This document shows positions 1 to 13,196 of a stretch of 64,000 nt of DNA, in pieces (within the stretch, counting starts at the first letter, position 1; each line of letters opens with the position of its first letter). Both the position numbers and the translations under genes were made by a program. A model generated the notes under the pieces. It was not told where the DNA came from and searched no databases. It was given only the letters and a program-made list of their open reading frames with translations. This DNA is from Eledone cirrhosa (taxonomy: Eukaryota), in contig OZ024744.1 of NCBI GenBank assembly GCA_964016885.1, positions 62,806,001 to 62,870,000 of the forward strand, in the 5' to 3' direction.

Positions 1-221
1 ACACTGTAATGTGGCTGTGTAGGTAACACGGTAAAAACCTCCCAGTCCACACTGTAAACGTGGTTGGTGTTAGGAAGGACATCCAGCCGTGGAAAACCTG
101 CCAGACAGTCCTATACGAGCAAGACAACCACTCTTACCTCAAGTGGGAAAACTCCCGTCCAAACCCATGCAAGCGTGGAAGATGGACGTTAAACGATGAT
201 GATGATGATGATGATGATGAT
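1..221 (+). mobile_element. RTE 3' UTR-only copy with (GAT)n tail
   Basis: Near-identical to 14395-14614 and to the reverse complement of 45075-45285. Further copies lie at about 5408, 23810, 24958, 25247, 26608, 27229, 28238, 42887, 47642 and 56845. Confidence 0.8.
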
Positions 222-429
222 TTATTTATATTATATATATATATTTATTAAAATAACAGATTAAAGTTTAAGCAAAGAATCGCTGCTTTCACCCTTAATG
301 GGATCTTCAGAACTGATGTTCTTTGATTGGCCTTAAATTGAAGTCCCTCTGTATTTGGAGCACTGAATGCCTTATTGGTATATTATGTATACTTTTACCT
401 CCTCTGATTTCTATGTAAACACCCACACT

Positions 430-622
430 TTAACCCTTTACCATTTACATTACTCCCTATTTACTATTATATTTTCACACTAAAGGCTTTACCTCACATA
501 ATATCGAATCTATGAGATTTTGATAATATTTATTTTGAGAACAATACCTTAACATCAGTATAAGCAGCTGGTTTGAACAGAATTCTGGCTGGATACGGCC
601 GGTTTAAATGCTAAAGGGTTAA
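430..622 (+). mobile_element. TTAA-flanked MITE (piggyBac-like)
   Basis: TTAA-CCCTTTA(G/C)CATTTA...TAAATGCTAAAGGG-TTAA terminal inverted repeats, ~200 bp, non-coding. Confidence 0.85.
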
Positions 623-737
623 GTAACCTGTCTTTGTAATGTTCCCTTCATCCAATGTCCCTGTGACAAATATAAGAAATGAACACTGTCATTATTATCA
701 TCATTGTTGTTGTCATGATTATTTTTCTTCTTTTCAG

Positions 738-783
738 CATTACATCAAGAAATATCACAAAAAGCTGAGAAAGTATATTTTAG
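738..783 (+). CDS. Gene A (uncharacterised), first exon seen in window
   Basis: ttttcag acceptor and ag|gtaaat donor. Reads LHQEISQKAEKVYF and ends in phase 2, matching the next exon (AG|A = Arg). Confidence 0.65.
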
Positions 784-958
784 GTAAATTATACATATTT
801 CATTTTGCTCCTCACACTTCTTTGTCTTTCTGCACAATTGTTTGTTGGTTCTGAGTGCCTTAAAAAGGTGCAGTGCCAAGGTTTCACTAAATACATTCCT
901 GATTTCACATGGTGTTTTTGGTACTAAGTCAGACTAATATAGTAATCTCTGTTCTACA

Positions 959-1187
959 TTAACCCTTTAGCATTTACATTACTCAATATTTACTATTATA
1001 TTTTCACAGTAAACACTTCATTTCATGTAAATATCTCACACAATATTGAATCTATGAGATTTTGATATTATTTATTTTGAGAACAATACCTTAACATAAG
1101 TATGAACAGCTGGTTATGGCCGGTTTGAACAAAAAGAGGTGAGTGAATTCTGGCCGGATACAGCCGATTTAAATGCTAAAAGCTTAA
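959..1187 (+). mobile_element. TTAA MITE copy
   Basis: Same TIRs and body as 430-622. Confidence 0.8.
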
Positions 1188-2296
1188 TCTATTATGATAT
1201 ATGACTAGTGGATACAAGTGTGGATGAAGGGTTAAGAAGTTCACCTCCCAGTTATGAGGTCTTGCATTCAAATTTACTGTGTGGAATTTTGGTCAAGTAT
1301 CTTTTACCATAATTTGAGGTTAACCGAAGCTGTGTAAGTGAAATTGGGTAGATGTAGACTGTTTGAAATCCCATCGATGGATTGTAATTGAAAGGCTATG
1401 TTATGGATGCATATATCTGTGAAATACTCGATCATTTACAAGACTGCATGACAAGAGGCACTTTGGAGTGGCAGGTCACAGGACTACTGTTGGCATGAGT
1501 AGAAGTTCAGTGGTGGGAATCACTTAGTTATATCATTTGTGGAAGTTTGTAGAAAGAGGTCACAGAATATATGACTCCTCCTTAACTTTGAATATACTGT
1601 GGTGTGGTAAATAAATATATACATATACACCAGGTCTGAACACAATGGAACCAAACTCCCACTGTCACTGCCTCCATCTCTCCTGCTCTCCCTATCTCTC
1701 ACTATTATGAGCAAATGGGGGTCCATGTGCTGGCTGCCCTGTGGAGAGGGCCCTGGCAGACAGAATTGAGAAGGCATTTCCCCAGAAGATGGTGAGGGGT
1801 GGCTATAACGTCATAGGGGAAGAGGGAGGCAGGAATGGTTGTTAGAGGTGGAGTGATTCAAGTTATTTATTGAGAATGTCACACACAGTCACACCAGCAC
1901 ATGGGGAGAAGGTAAGCAAGGACAAAGATGAAGAAAGAAAGGATGGAGAGGGGAAGGAAGGAAGAAAGAAGGGAAGGGAAATGGAAAAATAGCAATGTCT
2001 AGTGTGTGTAACATAGGGTCATAGAGTGGGATCACAGGGTAAAAGTTCAATAGTTGCTAAGAGTTGATGGCCAGTGGGAGAGGAAGGAGAGTAAGATAGT
2101 TGGAGGGGGAGGCACACACACATACACAAACCTGAATTTAGAATTTAAAATTCAAGCAAAATAAAATAAAATAAAGAATAAAAAATAAGAAATAAACAAT
2201 ACATTTCTAATCTCAGACACTTTGCTACAATAAATTCTGAATTAAGTTTAGTCGTGAATGAAACAAAAAAAAATTTAGTAATTTAAGCCATAACCA

Positions 2297-5270
2297 TGTG
2301 GTTAGAAAAAGCTACTTCACTTACCGCTTTCACTGGCACCGCTAATCCAATGGCTGGTTTCTCCTCTCTCATGTGCGTACAATCCAACTCGTTAACCGGG
2401 AACTCCAAAACTGACGTCCACCATGTTCGCTGACCATCCTAGAGAGAAGCATACCTGCTGGCCCTTCCGGTCGAACACCCTTCCGGTCAAGCACTCTTCC
2501 GGTCGAGCACTCCCCAGCTTCCGGCCACCGCACACCACACGCCCCCCCCCCCCCCCCCCCTTATCTCAAGGATCAATTTCCCCCTCGTCCTTCTGCATAT
2601 GAAAGTCTGCTGTCCAGGTTGGTGGTTTGCGACTTCTTTGCGATCTCCGCAGTGTTGGGGCGGTACTTTTGGTTTCCTCTTCCTCGGAGTCCGTTGACAC
2701 AGTGATTCTACGGACATCCAGGACATGACTTGGTACTCCGTCCACGGACACATTGTTCTAGGAATTTACGGCCGTCACCGTTCCCCTTCCCCATTGAGAT
2801 GTGCAACGTGCATCTGGGGGCTTAACCCAGACTTCTTCGCCCACCTGCACGAATGCACTCTCTCTCCCCACTGGCCGCTGTGGTGGTGTGCACGGGTGCC
2901 ACCACTCGTATCTGAATACTGCTCTGTGTGGCACCGTTCCTCAACCTGTCCCACCCGAGGGGACATGTTGTACCAGAACACTGCCTCCATTGGTGAGATG
3001 TGGCCCCGTTCCGCCATTGCTTTGATTGTCCGGTGGTGTTGCTCCACGATTCCATTTCCGCTTGGACTGTACGGTGCTCTGAAGAAACGGTCCACCTTCT
3101 ATCCATCGAGCATCTCCCTCAGCACCTCGGAGCGGAACGCTGCGCTGTTGTCCATCAGCAGTTCGTCCACAGGGCCCCGCTCCAAGAACACCTCTCTTAA
3201 CGTCTGCGTGATTTCCTCGGCCGTTCCAGTCTTCATCTCCCTCCATATCGCCATCTGTCCTGGTCCACAGTCGACCATCGAGAGGTACGTTCCTTGTTGG
3301 TAGTGTGTTACATCCACCGCCAATCGCTTCCAGTTGCGATCCACCGGGAGACTTCCCGTTTCGTGCACACCCGGGGCGGGATCAATGGACTGACATCAGA
3401 CGCAGCCTCTAACCACTCTTTGAACACTGTGTCTGTTAACGTCCGAGTCAATTCTCCTGGCTAGGAACAGAGTCCTATCCACTTCCATATCGTGCATGTC
3501 ATGCAACCCTTTCAGATCCGACTCGGTCAGCCGACACACGGCAGCTATCTCATCTTCTAGTTCCTCCGGCGATTCCATCCAGGCTTTCTTCACCCTGGTT
3601 AAAACGTCCACCCTATTTTTCTCTGAGGGCACGAAAACTACGCTCAGCCTCAGGTCAAACTCGGAGGCCAGCTCTCCTAAAGTTCCCAGGCGGCGCTTTA
3701 TCAGGACCTCCGCCGCCCCTCTTGTTCGCACTCTCTTCTCACTGGTGAGCACCGATCTTACCCATCCGAGTACAGTAGCCGAGTCGGTGCGAATATCGAT
3801 GGTGTGCAGTCCCCACCTCAGGGCGAGGTTCACCCCTCTCAACACCGTGTCCAGTTCGGCCACATTGATGTGGTTGCAGTCCTTCTTCTTAAGCCAGGCT
3901 GCATCCTCGACCTCAGCACCTCCTATCTCCAACGTGACACCCAGCGCTATGCTGCTGGCATCGCACCATACGGTCCCACTCTGTGATTTGGGAACATACC
4001 AGCGTCTCCGCACTGGGTCGTCGGCCTTCACCCTCTCCACGATCTCCTGCATCATGGCCACCGTCCTCTCTCCCACTCTGTCACTCCAAGCCACCCAGCA
4101 ATTGGGTAGTGACCAACCAACTTTCCACATGCCGAGAAAAGCTCCCGCCTACTCATACTTGGGCCCAATTCTGGAACTTCATTTCCCCTCTGGAATACCA
4201 AGACGCCCGTCCTGTCTCGCCGTAGCCTAAGTCCCAGCGCGGCTCCTCCCTCCAACGCTTCTGACGGCTTCGCAGCCAGTCCATACCCCTGTAAATGGCT
4301 CGTGACCTCCGCCGCCGACACTAAAGACTCGTCCACTAGGATGTCGTCAATGTAGGAATTAGTGGCCCTCTTCATCTTGTCGGCCTTTCCCAGAATGGTC
4401 TCGAGGACCGCCGCCATGATCTTCAGTGCAGAGCTCGGCCAAAAACCGAGCCTGGTCAGGCAATATGTCCGGCCCTTATACCTGACCAGCTGATACTGCC
4501 AGAGCTTCTCATCTATGTGTAATTGCAAGTATGCCGACTTTAGATCTACGATTGCGGAACCCGCCGTATTTCCGCTGCGTCAACGTGTTCACCGTTCCAT
4601 CTAATCCTTGCCAGCCTAGCAAAAGCAGCTAACGGTCTTTCCGCGAACACTTCCATCATACGCCTCTCAATCTTTTGCGAATCCCTTTGGCTGTGTTCAT
4701 CCATCTCTAGGAAGAGTGCCAACGCATCCCCCTCGAGGTACAGTGCCCTGAGGCCAGCCACATCTTCTATCTTCTGTAAGCTTGCGACCAACCGGTCTTT
4801 TCGCAGCCAAGCGACAGCATCGCCTTCACCGGTAAATGCTCTAATCGCTTCTCCGCCCATTCGTAATCTCGTCACCATATCCTAATTTTGTCTTGCGGTA
4901 AGTAATAAAAAACAACAGACTCCTCTCTGTTTTTCCAGTAGCTTTGTTTTCAAGAAAGTTCTCTTTTTTTTTTTAATCAATCAGATTTCAGTTTCCAGTG
5001 TCGAAATAGCTTGTGGTTAGAGAAAGCTACTTCACTTACCACTTTCACTGGCACCACTAATCCAATGGCTGGTTTCTCCTCTCCCACATGCGTACAATCC
5101 AACTCGTTAACCGGGAGCTCCACGACTGACGTCCACCATGTTCGCTGACCACCCTAGAGAGAGGCTGACCTGCTGACCCTTCCGGTCAAGCACCCTTCCG
5201 GTCAAGCACCTTTCCGGTCAAGCACTCTTCCAGTCGGGCACTCCCCAGCCTCCGGCCACTGCACACCACA
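2297..5270 (-). mobile_element. Decayed Ty3/Gypsy LTR retrotransposon with internal deletion
   Basis: Direct LTRs 2297-2539 and 5012-5270 (TGTGG...CCACA) and a G-run PPT at 2542-2560 on minus. Gag-like ORF 4546-4878, RT (YIDD) 4052-4528, RNase H (WCDAS..G) 3396-4130, integrase fragments 2775-3368 (DN..AF, GNGIVE). No protease seen; frameshifts present. Confidence 0.9.
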
Positions 5271-5569
5271 CCATACCCACAAACCAAACATAAGAGTAAG
5301 ACGTAGTCAGACGTGGTCAGCTGACCTATCAAGCCTTGACAACCCATGCAAGCATAGAAAATATACATTAAATGGTTTTGATGATGATATATATGTAAAC
5401 ACGCACAATCATTATCATCATCCTTTAACGTCCACTTTCTATGTTAGCATGGGTTAGACGGGTTGTCCCATTGGTGGCAAGTTGAGCCAAGTGACCATGT
5501 GTTGCTCATATAGAACTGTTTCTGGATAGATTTCTACAACTGGATGATCTTCCTAACACCAACCACATT

Positions 5570-5858
5570 TACAGTGTGTAGGCTGAGTGATTTTTGTCGT
5601 GACACCTACACGACTGCTTTACAGTGTGGGCTTCGTGCTTTTTGTCATGACAGCAACACAACCTCTTTATAGTGTGGACTTGGTGTTTTTTGTCATGTCT
5701 CCTACATAGCCACTTTACAGCGTGGGCTGGGTGCTTTTTGTTGTAACACCTACATGACCACTCTATAGTGTGGGCTGGGTGCTTTTTGTTGTGTCTCCTA
5801 CATGACCACTTTACAGTGTGGGCTGGGTATTTTTTGTTGTGACCACATTACAGTGTAC
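5570..5858. repeat. ~41 bp minisatellite of the RTE 3' UTR unit (minus orientation)
   Basis: About 7 copies of ttacagtgtgggctgggtgctttttgttgtg. Confidence 0.85.
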
Positions 5859-6267
5859 AATATATTTTGAATCAAAGTTTTGTAGTCATATGCTGGTACA
5901 TGATATTTTCATAGAAAAACATGTAACTTCTACACAAGTATTTACGGTAACTACTACAAATAATTGATTTTAAATTACAACTGTTTCGCCTTCTCTATTC
6001 TGTCCACTGTGACCAACGCATGGGCCCCCATTTTCTCATAATAGTGAGAGATGGGGAGAGCAGGAGAGATAGTGGCAGTAACAGTGGGAATTAGGTTCCT
6101 TTGTGTTCGAACCTGGTGTATATTTCATGGCCTCTCTCTTCACACACACAGACACACATAAGCATGCCATATGTGTTAATATACATCATTTTGTATAAAT
6201 ATATATGCATTTTAACTGTTTCATTGTTAAATTGCAAAAGAAAAAGTGTTTTTTATTTCTTATTTAG

Positions 6268-6559
6268 ATCTAATACAGAGAGTAAAAAACCTTACAATAA
6301 TTTGATGCTATTGCATGGACATCTTGAAGAGGAGCCCTGTCGTAAAGACATACGACCAATGATGAAGTGCCAAAAGGAGTGCATGTTTGATAGTGAATGT
6401 TGCAATGCTGTTCAGTATCACACATCACGACATAACTTGGGAAACAACATCTTTGATGAAAGTGATTTTTCTGAAGCAAACTATTTATTCACGGATGACA
6501 CTTCAAAAGTTATCAGGGAGGCGAAATACCAAAGTGAAATGCTAGAAAAAGAGACAAAG
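6268..6559 (+). CDS. Gene A exon
   Basis: tatttag acceptor and AAG|gttagc donor. Lies within ORF 6101-6787 (SNTESKKPY...MLEKETK); phase 2 to 0. Confidence 0.8.
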
Positions 6560-6869
6560 GTTAGCAAACCGTTTCTATTTCTTCCTCCTCTTCTTTTTCT
6601 GTTTTTTTTTTTTGTTAAACTCTTTCATTACCATATTTCTATCTGTGGATTTCAAATAATTTGGAAAATAATCAAGAACTTGGAGATACTCAATAATATT
6701 AATTTTCATTACCATATTTCTAATGAACATTTCTATCTGTGGTTTTCAAATAATTTTGAAAATAATCAAGAATTTGAAGTTGTTTAGTTATATTAATTTC
6801 TCATTATAAAGCTGAAACAAAACTTAAAGATTCTTACATAAAATTATGATGGAAGGTTTTAAAATAGAT

Positions 6870-7290
6870 ATAGAAGCGAAACATGGGCATTGCATGCCAA
6901 GGATTTACAGATTGGAAAGAAATGAAGCCTGCATGTTCCGATGGATGTGTAACAGTTGTGTAAATAAATTGAGATCGAAACTGGGCATAAGAGGGATCAA
7001 ATTCTGTGTGCAGAAGAAAAGACAGCAGTAGTAAAGACATGTCATGTGCATGAAGGATCTCAGCTGTATAAAAAGGTGCTCGAGGTTGTAGAGTGCCTTA
7101 AAAGAGGAAGACGTGGGATGAAACGATAATGGTCGACCTGGCGCAGCTGAACCTCTTGACAGAGATGACACAGGATTAAGACCTCTGGTGCTATGAAGTA
7201 TGACAAAAAACACAAATCAACAACCCATTCCAGCCCACATCATAAATGTGGCTTGTGTTTTAGGAAGGGCATCCAGCTATCTTGTAATCC
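6870..7290 (+). mobile_element. RTE 3' fragment
   Basis: RLERNEACMFRWMC matches the other RTE copies and is followed by the UTR motif ggaagggcatccagct. Confidence 0.7.
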
Positions 7291-7589
7291 CAGCCAAAAA
7301 CAGTCCCATTATGAGCAACACAAGTCCCAGTGCTGCTAATCAGCCAGACCTCCCTCATAACACAGCTCCTATAATATAGGACTACTCAGTAATGTGGCCC
7401 CATTATGAGCAAGGCATTGTGTAGCCAACCTCCCAGACTTCCCTTATAATGAGACCACCTAGCTCTGCTTTGAGCAGGGTGCAGCGCAGCCAACTGGCCA
7501 AACCCTCTTCATAACTATTCTACCCAGTTCCACACAGTAAATGTGGTTGGTGTTAGGAACGGCATCCAGCAGCCGTTAAAAGTCACTGT

Positions 7590-7975
7590 AGAAGCATTAG
7601 GGATTTGTAAAAGTCATCTTTTAGTTCATCTGACAGTCCCAATTATGGTGCATATGCAGATATAATAGTTACAGTTGTTCTACCTAGGACTATCCTGAGT
7701 TTAATGGTTCTGTCATCCACTCCGTTTACCACAATTATATTATTTACCCATTTTTCTGCTAACAGAATACCCACCCCACTTAGCTCTCAATCATTATCCC
7801 ACCTCCAAGAAGATTTGTAACTTTGTTCTTTGGCTACAAGGAATCTAGCTGATTCTCTTCTCCATCTAGTCTCTTGAATACAACACAGGTCCACTCTCAT
7901 TCGCTCTTTCATCTCTACAGTGTTACATGATCTTCCTTTCATCATGCCTACATTGATAGTTGCAGCTCTGAAGTC
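7590..7975 (-). mobile_element. RTE endonuclease N-terminal fragment
   Basis: ORF 7787-8047: TINVG..KGRS...VDLCCIQETRWR. Confidence 0.7.
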
Positions 7976-8557
7976 TTGGGGTTTACTGGAAGAGGGGGAT
8001 GGATGCTTGAAAAGGGGGTAGAATTGGAATTGGTACCAGTTTTTCATGCCTGAAATAAAGTTTGTGTGGTTGCTTGTAGAAAAGTGATGAGTTCATACCA
8101 AAAAGAATTTCTCCGACCTTCTAATCTGATTACCATACAATCCACTAAACATGCAGTACAGTAATAGTACCTTATAGTAAATATATGCATATATATACAA
8201 ATATACATACATAAACACACACACACACACATATATATATACATATATATACTTATATACAAAAATACATAGCACAATAACTGTGGTGTGTGAGACTTGT
8301 ATGATAGAAAAAGACTCACAAGCTCAAAGTGGGGTTGCCTTACATGGTTGGCACAAAAGGTATGATATATTTTGAATCAAAGTTTTGTAGGTGCAGTAGA
8401 CAAGTCATATGCTGGTATTTTACATCATATGTGACTAATATGCAAGTATATATGGTAACTACTACAGATGGTCGATTTCAAACTACAACTGTGTCATTGC
8501 AGAAAATAGTGATCATGAAACATAGTAATCTTTTGGGGATTTTTTTTTTTCTTTCAG

Positions 8558-8711
8558 ACTTTAAAAGAAGGTTTTCAACAATTTCGGAGTCAAATGTGTA
8601 AATACCCAGATTTAGATCCTGTAAACCCGTCACCAGTTAAAATGGAGAAAAAGAAAACTGATACTTCAAGAAATACATTTAAGAAGAAAAAAGTAACTCA
8701 TTTGTGTTCAG
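8558..8711 (+). CDS. Gene A exon
   Basis: T-rich ctttcag acceptor and G|gtatgg donor. TLKEGFQQFRSQMCKYP...KKKKVTHLCS; phase 0 to 1. Confidence 0.8.
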
Positions 8712-9742
8712 GTATGGTCTTTCTTACTGAATGGAAAGAAAGTTTTAAGATGTTCTCTTCTTTTTTCCTTAACTCTTTTCTGACCTGATTTCTAATAAAT
8801 GACTCTGTATTTTAATTATCACAGTTTCAAAGTATAAGGCACACTTTTTTTTTGTAAATAAATTTGATATCAAAATCTAGCTGAAGGTATAAATATAATA
8901 ATACATTTATACTATATATAAGCCATGTATAAGTATAGCTAGTGTCTTCTACTATCTATATATAAATTTGAGCGATTTCCGTCTGTTTGTCACACAATGT
9001 GTGTGTGTGTTTGTGTAAATGTATGTGTGTGTAAAAGGAAGGAGATGGTGAAAAAGCTATAGCAAAACAGTGGCTGGCATTTCATTAGCCATGCTGTGTG
9101 TGTGTTTCTGTGAATGTATGTGTGAATATATATATGTGTATTTGTGTGAATGTATGTCTGTGAGTGTGTATTTTTGTAAGTATATCTGTGTTTGCATGTT
9201 TATATTTATATACTCATACATATAAATGTATGCATATGCAAATACACACATGCATCAGTATGTTGAAAAAATTCTAGTAGCCTCAAATTGACCAGTGATA
9301 TGTCAGTGGAATTTGACAGATAGAACTGTGTTGAAGTCCAATGTGCATATGTGTGTGTACACCTTGTACATTCGCCTTTTCTTGAATGAGAGGGTGGATC
9401 AGACTCTGTAATGATATCTAGAGTAAGATGTGCATGAAAGAGATCCCAGGAATGGAGCAGTGTGCTAATGTGGTGGGAAGTATCACTGAAACTGAAGGGA
9501 AAGGTATATGCTGCATGTGTGAGAAGTCCCATAATTTATAGGAGCAAAACATGGATGATGAATTTGAAACAGTAGGGAAGGCTGTAAAAAACAGAAATGA
9601 GAATGGTCTGGTGGATGTGTGAAGTAGTGCTGAGGGAGAGGAACAAATAATGGCTTGCAGAGGAAGATGGGAATAGAGTCAACGATGAATGTTATGATAA
9701 AGAATAGGTTGGGTCATGTGTTGAGGGACAATGAAAGTAACC

Positions 9743-9946
9743 TTAACCCTTTAGCATTTACATTACTCTACTATTATATTTTCATGGTAAAGGCTCTACC
9801 TCACATAATTATCTCACATAATATGGAATCTTATTTTGAGAACAACCCCTTAATATCAGTATGAGTGGCCAGTTATGGCTGGTTTGAATAGAATGAGGTG
9901 AGAGAATTCTGACTGGATATGGCCAGTTTAAATGCTAAAGGGTTAA
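9743..9946 (+). mobile_element. TTAA MITE copy
   Basis: Perfect TTAACCCTTTAGCATTTA / TAAATGCTAAAGGGTTAA ends. Confidence 0.85.
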
Positions 9947-9996
9947 AACACTTGTATATATCAATACAAAACAATGTTTTCCCTTTTTCTCTCTAG

Positions 9997-10101
9997 ACTC
10001 CAACACAGATTCTGAAGATGTTTTAACACCTGACTGCCACTCGGTGAAGACTTTATCATCAACACCTCGTAAGAAGTTATACCAATCAGCTCACAGGAAG
10101 G
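9997..10101 (+). CDS. Gene A exon
   Basis: ctctctag acceptor and G|gtaagt donor. DSNTDSEDVLTP...SAHRK; phase 1 to 1. Confidence 0.8.
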
Positions 10102-10202
10102 GTAAGTTGTAGACAACAGCAATAATAACAAGGTGTCCTAGGTGATGTAGTAGAAACTCATATGAAATAACTTTAGCTGGGTTGATATATATATATATAT
10201 AT

Positions 10203-10841
10203 TGTAAAGGAGCATTTCATGCCTAAATACTCTTGCGTCGAAGGTCACCAGCTTTAACAGGATGGTTTTAAGAGTAGATGTATCACCACGAAGAATTGAG
10301 GTTAGGCTGTAAGTCTCAAGTTCTGTTGCTGCTGTGATAATACCTCTGGAAGGAATCCTTCCATATCACATTTAAAGTCATTGCTGTGGTAGCAGCATCA
10401 CAAGACTCTACGATGTTTTTATGTTATAGTTAGTAGCGCCACGAGGAACCAGTTCTGTAGAAAGATGTGGTAAGAACATCGACAACGACTTTGGCTTATT
10501 TTACATTATTTATTAACAAGGTTGAGCTGAGTAGGGCTAGCATGTCAAGAGAGATAAAACAAACGAATTAAGAGCTCAGAAGGCATGGTCTACTGACTGA
10601 AGTGTTGCCAGGCCGTGGTTAAGTTGTTGTTACATGTTGGCCAGTGATTTCACGGCGAAATAAAAATAGTTGTTTACCTTTCTACGGTCAGGATGCAAGA
10701 GACAGATTTCTCAAATCAATGCGGGAATTTTTCCCTCAGAGCGCGTAGGAATACATTCTCCTCCGCTGGCGGTTATTGACTGGGCTGAGCCAAATAACGC
10801 ACGGAGAATGTATATGAGCCCGCGGAATGTAGGTCACTACA
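10203..10841 (-). mobile_element. Solo LTR related to the 59875-62899 element
   Basis: 10424-10841 shares ttatagttagtagcgccacg...cgcggaatgtaggtcactaca with the LTRs at 59875 and 62399. Left boundary uncertain and no TSD. Confidence 0.65.
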
Positions 10842-11085
10842 TAACCAAAGAAATAATAATGCTAATAATAGTTTCTGATTTAGGCACAAAGACAACAATT
10901 TCGGGGGGAAAAGGAAGTCAATTAAATGGACCCCAGTTCTTCAATGGTACTTTATTTTGTCGACCCCGCAAGGATGAAAGATGAAAGGTGAAGGCAACCT
11001 TGGCAGGATTTGAACTCAGGACATAAATGGCTGTAACTATATGCCAAAAAGCATATTGTCTGACACTCTGCCAATATTGCCAATC

Positions 11086-12660
11086 CAGCAGACAGAAAAA
11101 AACAGCCTGCCCTTCCTGGCTAAAGAAGGGTGGTGGGGCAATTTTGATGATGGTTTCAGTTGATAGTTGGATCTGTTCTACATATGACAGCAAGTGTTCA
11201 GCATAAAACCACAATTCAGCAATGCTTGGACACTGGACAAGTGCGTGCACAACGTTTTTGTCGTCCTGCACGCATCTTGGACAGGCCCAGTTGGTGGCAC
11301 TTCCATGCCTGTAGAGTTTATCTCGGATTGGCAAAGCTTCCCAGTAGCACTGCGAAGTCAGGGATTTGTGGAAGAGAATGGCTACTTGATTTTCATCGAC
11401 GCCCAGAGTTTCCCTAAGAACATCATTGCTTTTACCTATCACTAACCCTCTACAGAATGCCAAGGTGGAGTTTCCACCGATTGTAGTGCCTAATTGGCAG
11501 TGGGTGTTGACATCAGTTGGACCGCCTCACCAGTGGAACCCACCATCCCTTCCACAAGAAGTTGAAGAGCAGAGGCTCCAATTTGATGAGGTGCGGACTG
11601 GGGCAAAGCACAATGGTCAGGCAGTAGTAGACGACAGACACGGTGTACGCATTCGCTACCTCCATCCAACCTATCAGGGATAGCTTCCTCTCAGTCTATT
11701 TCTGGGTGTGAGTGATCATCCTGCTGATCATCTCGTTCCAGTTTTTGTCTGTTTGGAGGTCCAGACCAAACTAGATCCTGAGCAATTTAACCGGTCCGGT
11801 GCCTGTCGAGACTGTTGGATGGCATGGACCTGCCTCTTCAGGTGCCAAGCTGCAGGCCCACCAACGTTTCCTGGTTAATCTTTGCTCCTGCCACCGCCTT
11901 GTATCCACTTGGAGCAGTGCCAATCGCCTCAATGTGTTTGTGCTTGACACCACTACGGTGACGTCATCTGCATACAAGATGGTTCTCCCACATCTTAGTT
12001 TGTGTAGGATGCCCATCAACATCTCCAGTTTTTGCAGTAGTAGCTCTAGAGTCAGTACGTACAACAGAGACAAGAAGAGACAACTTTGGAGGATCAAGCA
12101 CATGATATTGAATGGTTCTGAGAGGAGACCATTCATACTGACCACTGAAGATTGCTGCCAGGTACCAATGGTCAATCATTTCGATTGATCAAAGTCGATC
12201 GGGACCCCACCCATGCCAGGTTCCTTATCCACCCTCTTTATGGTGTATTCCATAATGTGGAAGTTGTCATGGATGGATCTATTTGGTATGGCGCATATCT
12301 ATGTCCCACATACTAAACCACAGATGACAAGTGCCAACCTTGTCACTAACACCTTGGCCAAAATCTTTAACTATGCATTTAACAGAGTTTCAGGCCTAAA
12401 ATTATCAATGTAGTCCTCCTTGTTTGGGTCCTTTATCAGTAGTGCCACTGCCCCTCGGCTCACAGAACTGGGAATTCTCCCGTTCTATTGTCAGTTGGCA
12501 TAGACATTTGCTAAAATGTCACCAAACAAATCTGCCATGTTTGTGTAAAGCTCATCGGCCAGACCATCCAAACCAAGAGGAGAGGATGTGGGAGACACAG
12601 GAGAGGAAGACAGAAAAGTTCTATAATTTGGTAGAGGACTGCTGCAGGGATGGGTGGAGG
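11086..12660 (-). mobile_element. L1/Tx1-like LINE relic
   Basis: Fragmented RT with LYADD (ORF 11771-12175) and a C-terminal zinc knuckle CPRC..HAL..CP (ORF 10918-11463). Boundaries approximate. Confidence 0.75.
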
Positions 12661-13111
12661 ACCAGATGCATACCAGTGAAAGTTGGCAGTTGAGGGTTCA
12701 CAGGGAATTCCCTTAGTAAAGCTTACAGAACCCTGAGTATTACATGAGTGATCACAAGGAGAATCATCAATAACAACCTAGAATCAGCAGAAAGGATTTC
12801 TACATAGCTATGGCTGTAAAGAAGTGACCAGTTGGGGTCAATATAATGGTACTTGGACAGGACCTGAGGCTTCATCAACATCAATCAGGCCACCTGAATG
12901 AGGGTATAAGCTGTAAGACCAAAACACCCAGTGACTCCAGATTCAACACTGATTATGTGTCCAGGTATTTGCACTTGTAGTCAAGTCACTTGAATGAGAG
13001 TATATGTTATAAGACCTGAAACACCCAGTGACAAGAGGATACAATACTGCCAGGGTGGAAAAATTAACATTAAATGGTGATGATCATAATGATTTATATT
13101 TTTTTTTCCAG

Positions 13112-13196
13112 ATCATAGAGATGTGGAATTCACCCTTCCTGGATTAGACATTTCTCATTTATCAGGTGAAGAAGGAGACAGAACAAAATATATAAA
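13112..13196 (+). CDS. Gene A exon
   Basis: ttttccag acceptor and AA|gtaaat donor. DHRDVEFTLPGLDISHLSGEEGDRTKYI; phase 1 to 2. Confidence 0.8.

Noticed and set aside
2725-4230. Plus-strand ORFs 2725-3303 and 3496-4230 as genes
   Set aside because: Antisense shadows of Gypsy pol.
2293-5274. Exact TSD for the 2297-5270 Gypsy element
   Set aside because: The flanks ACCA and CCAT match only with a 1-nt offset, so no TSD is claimed.
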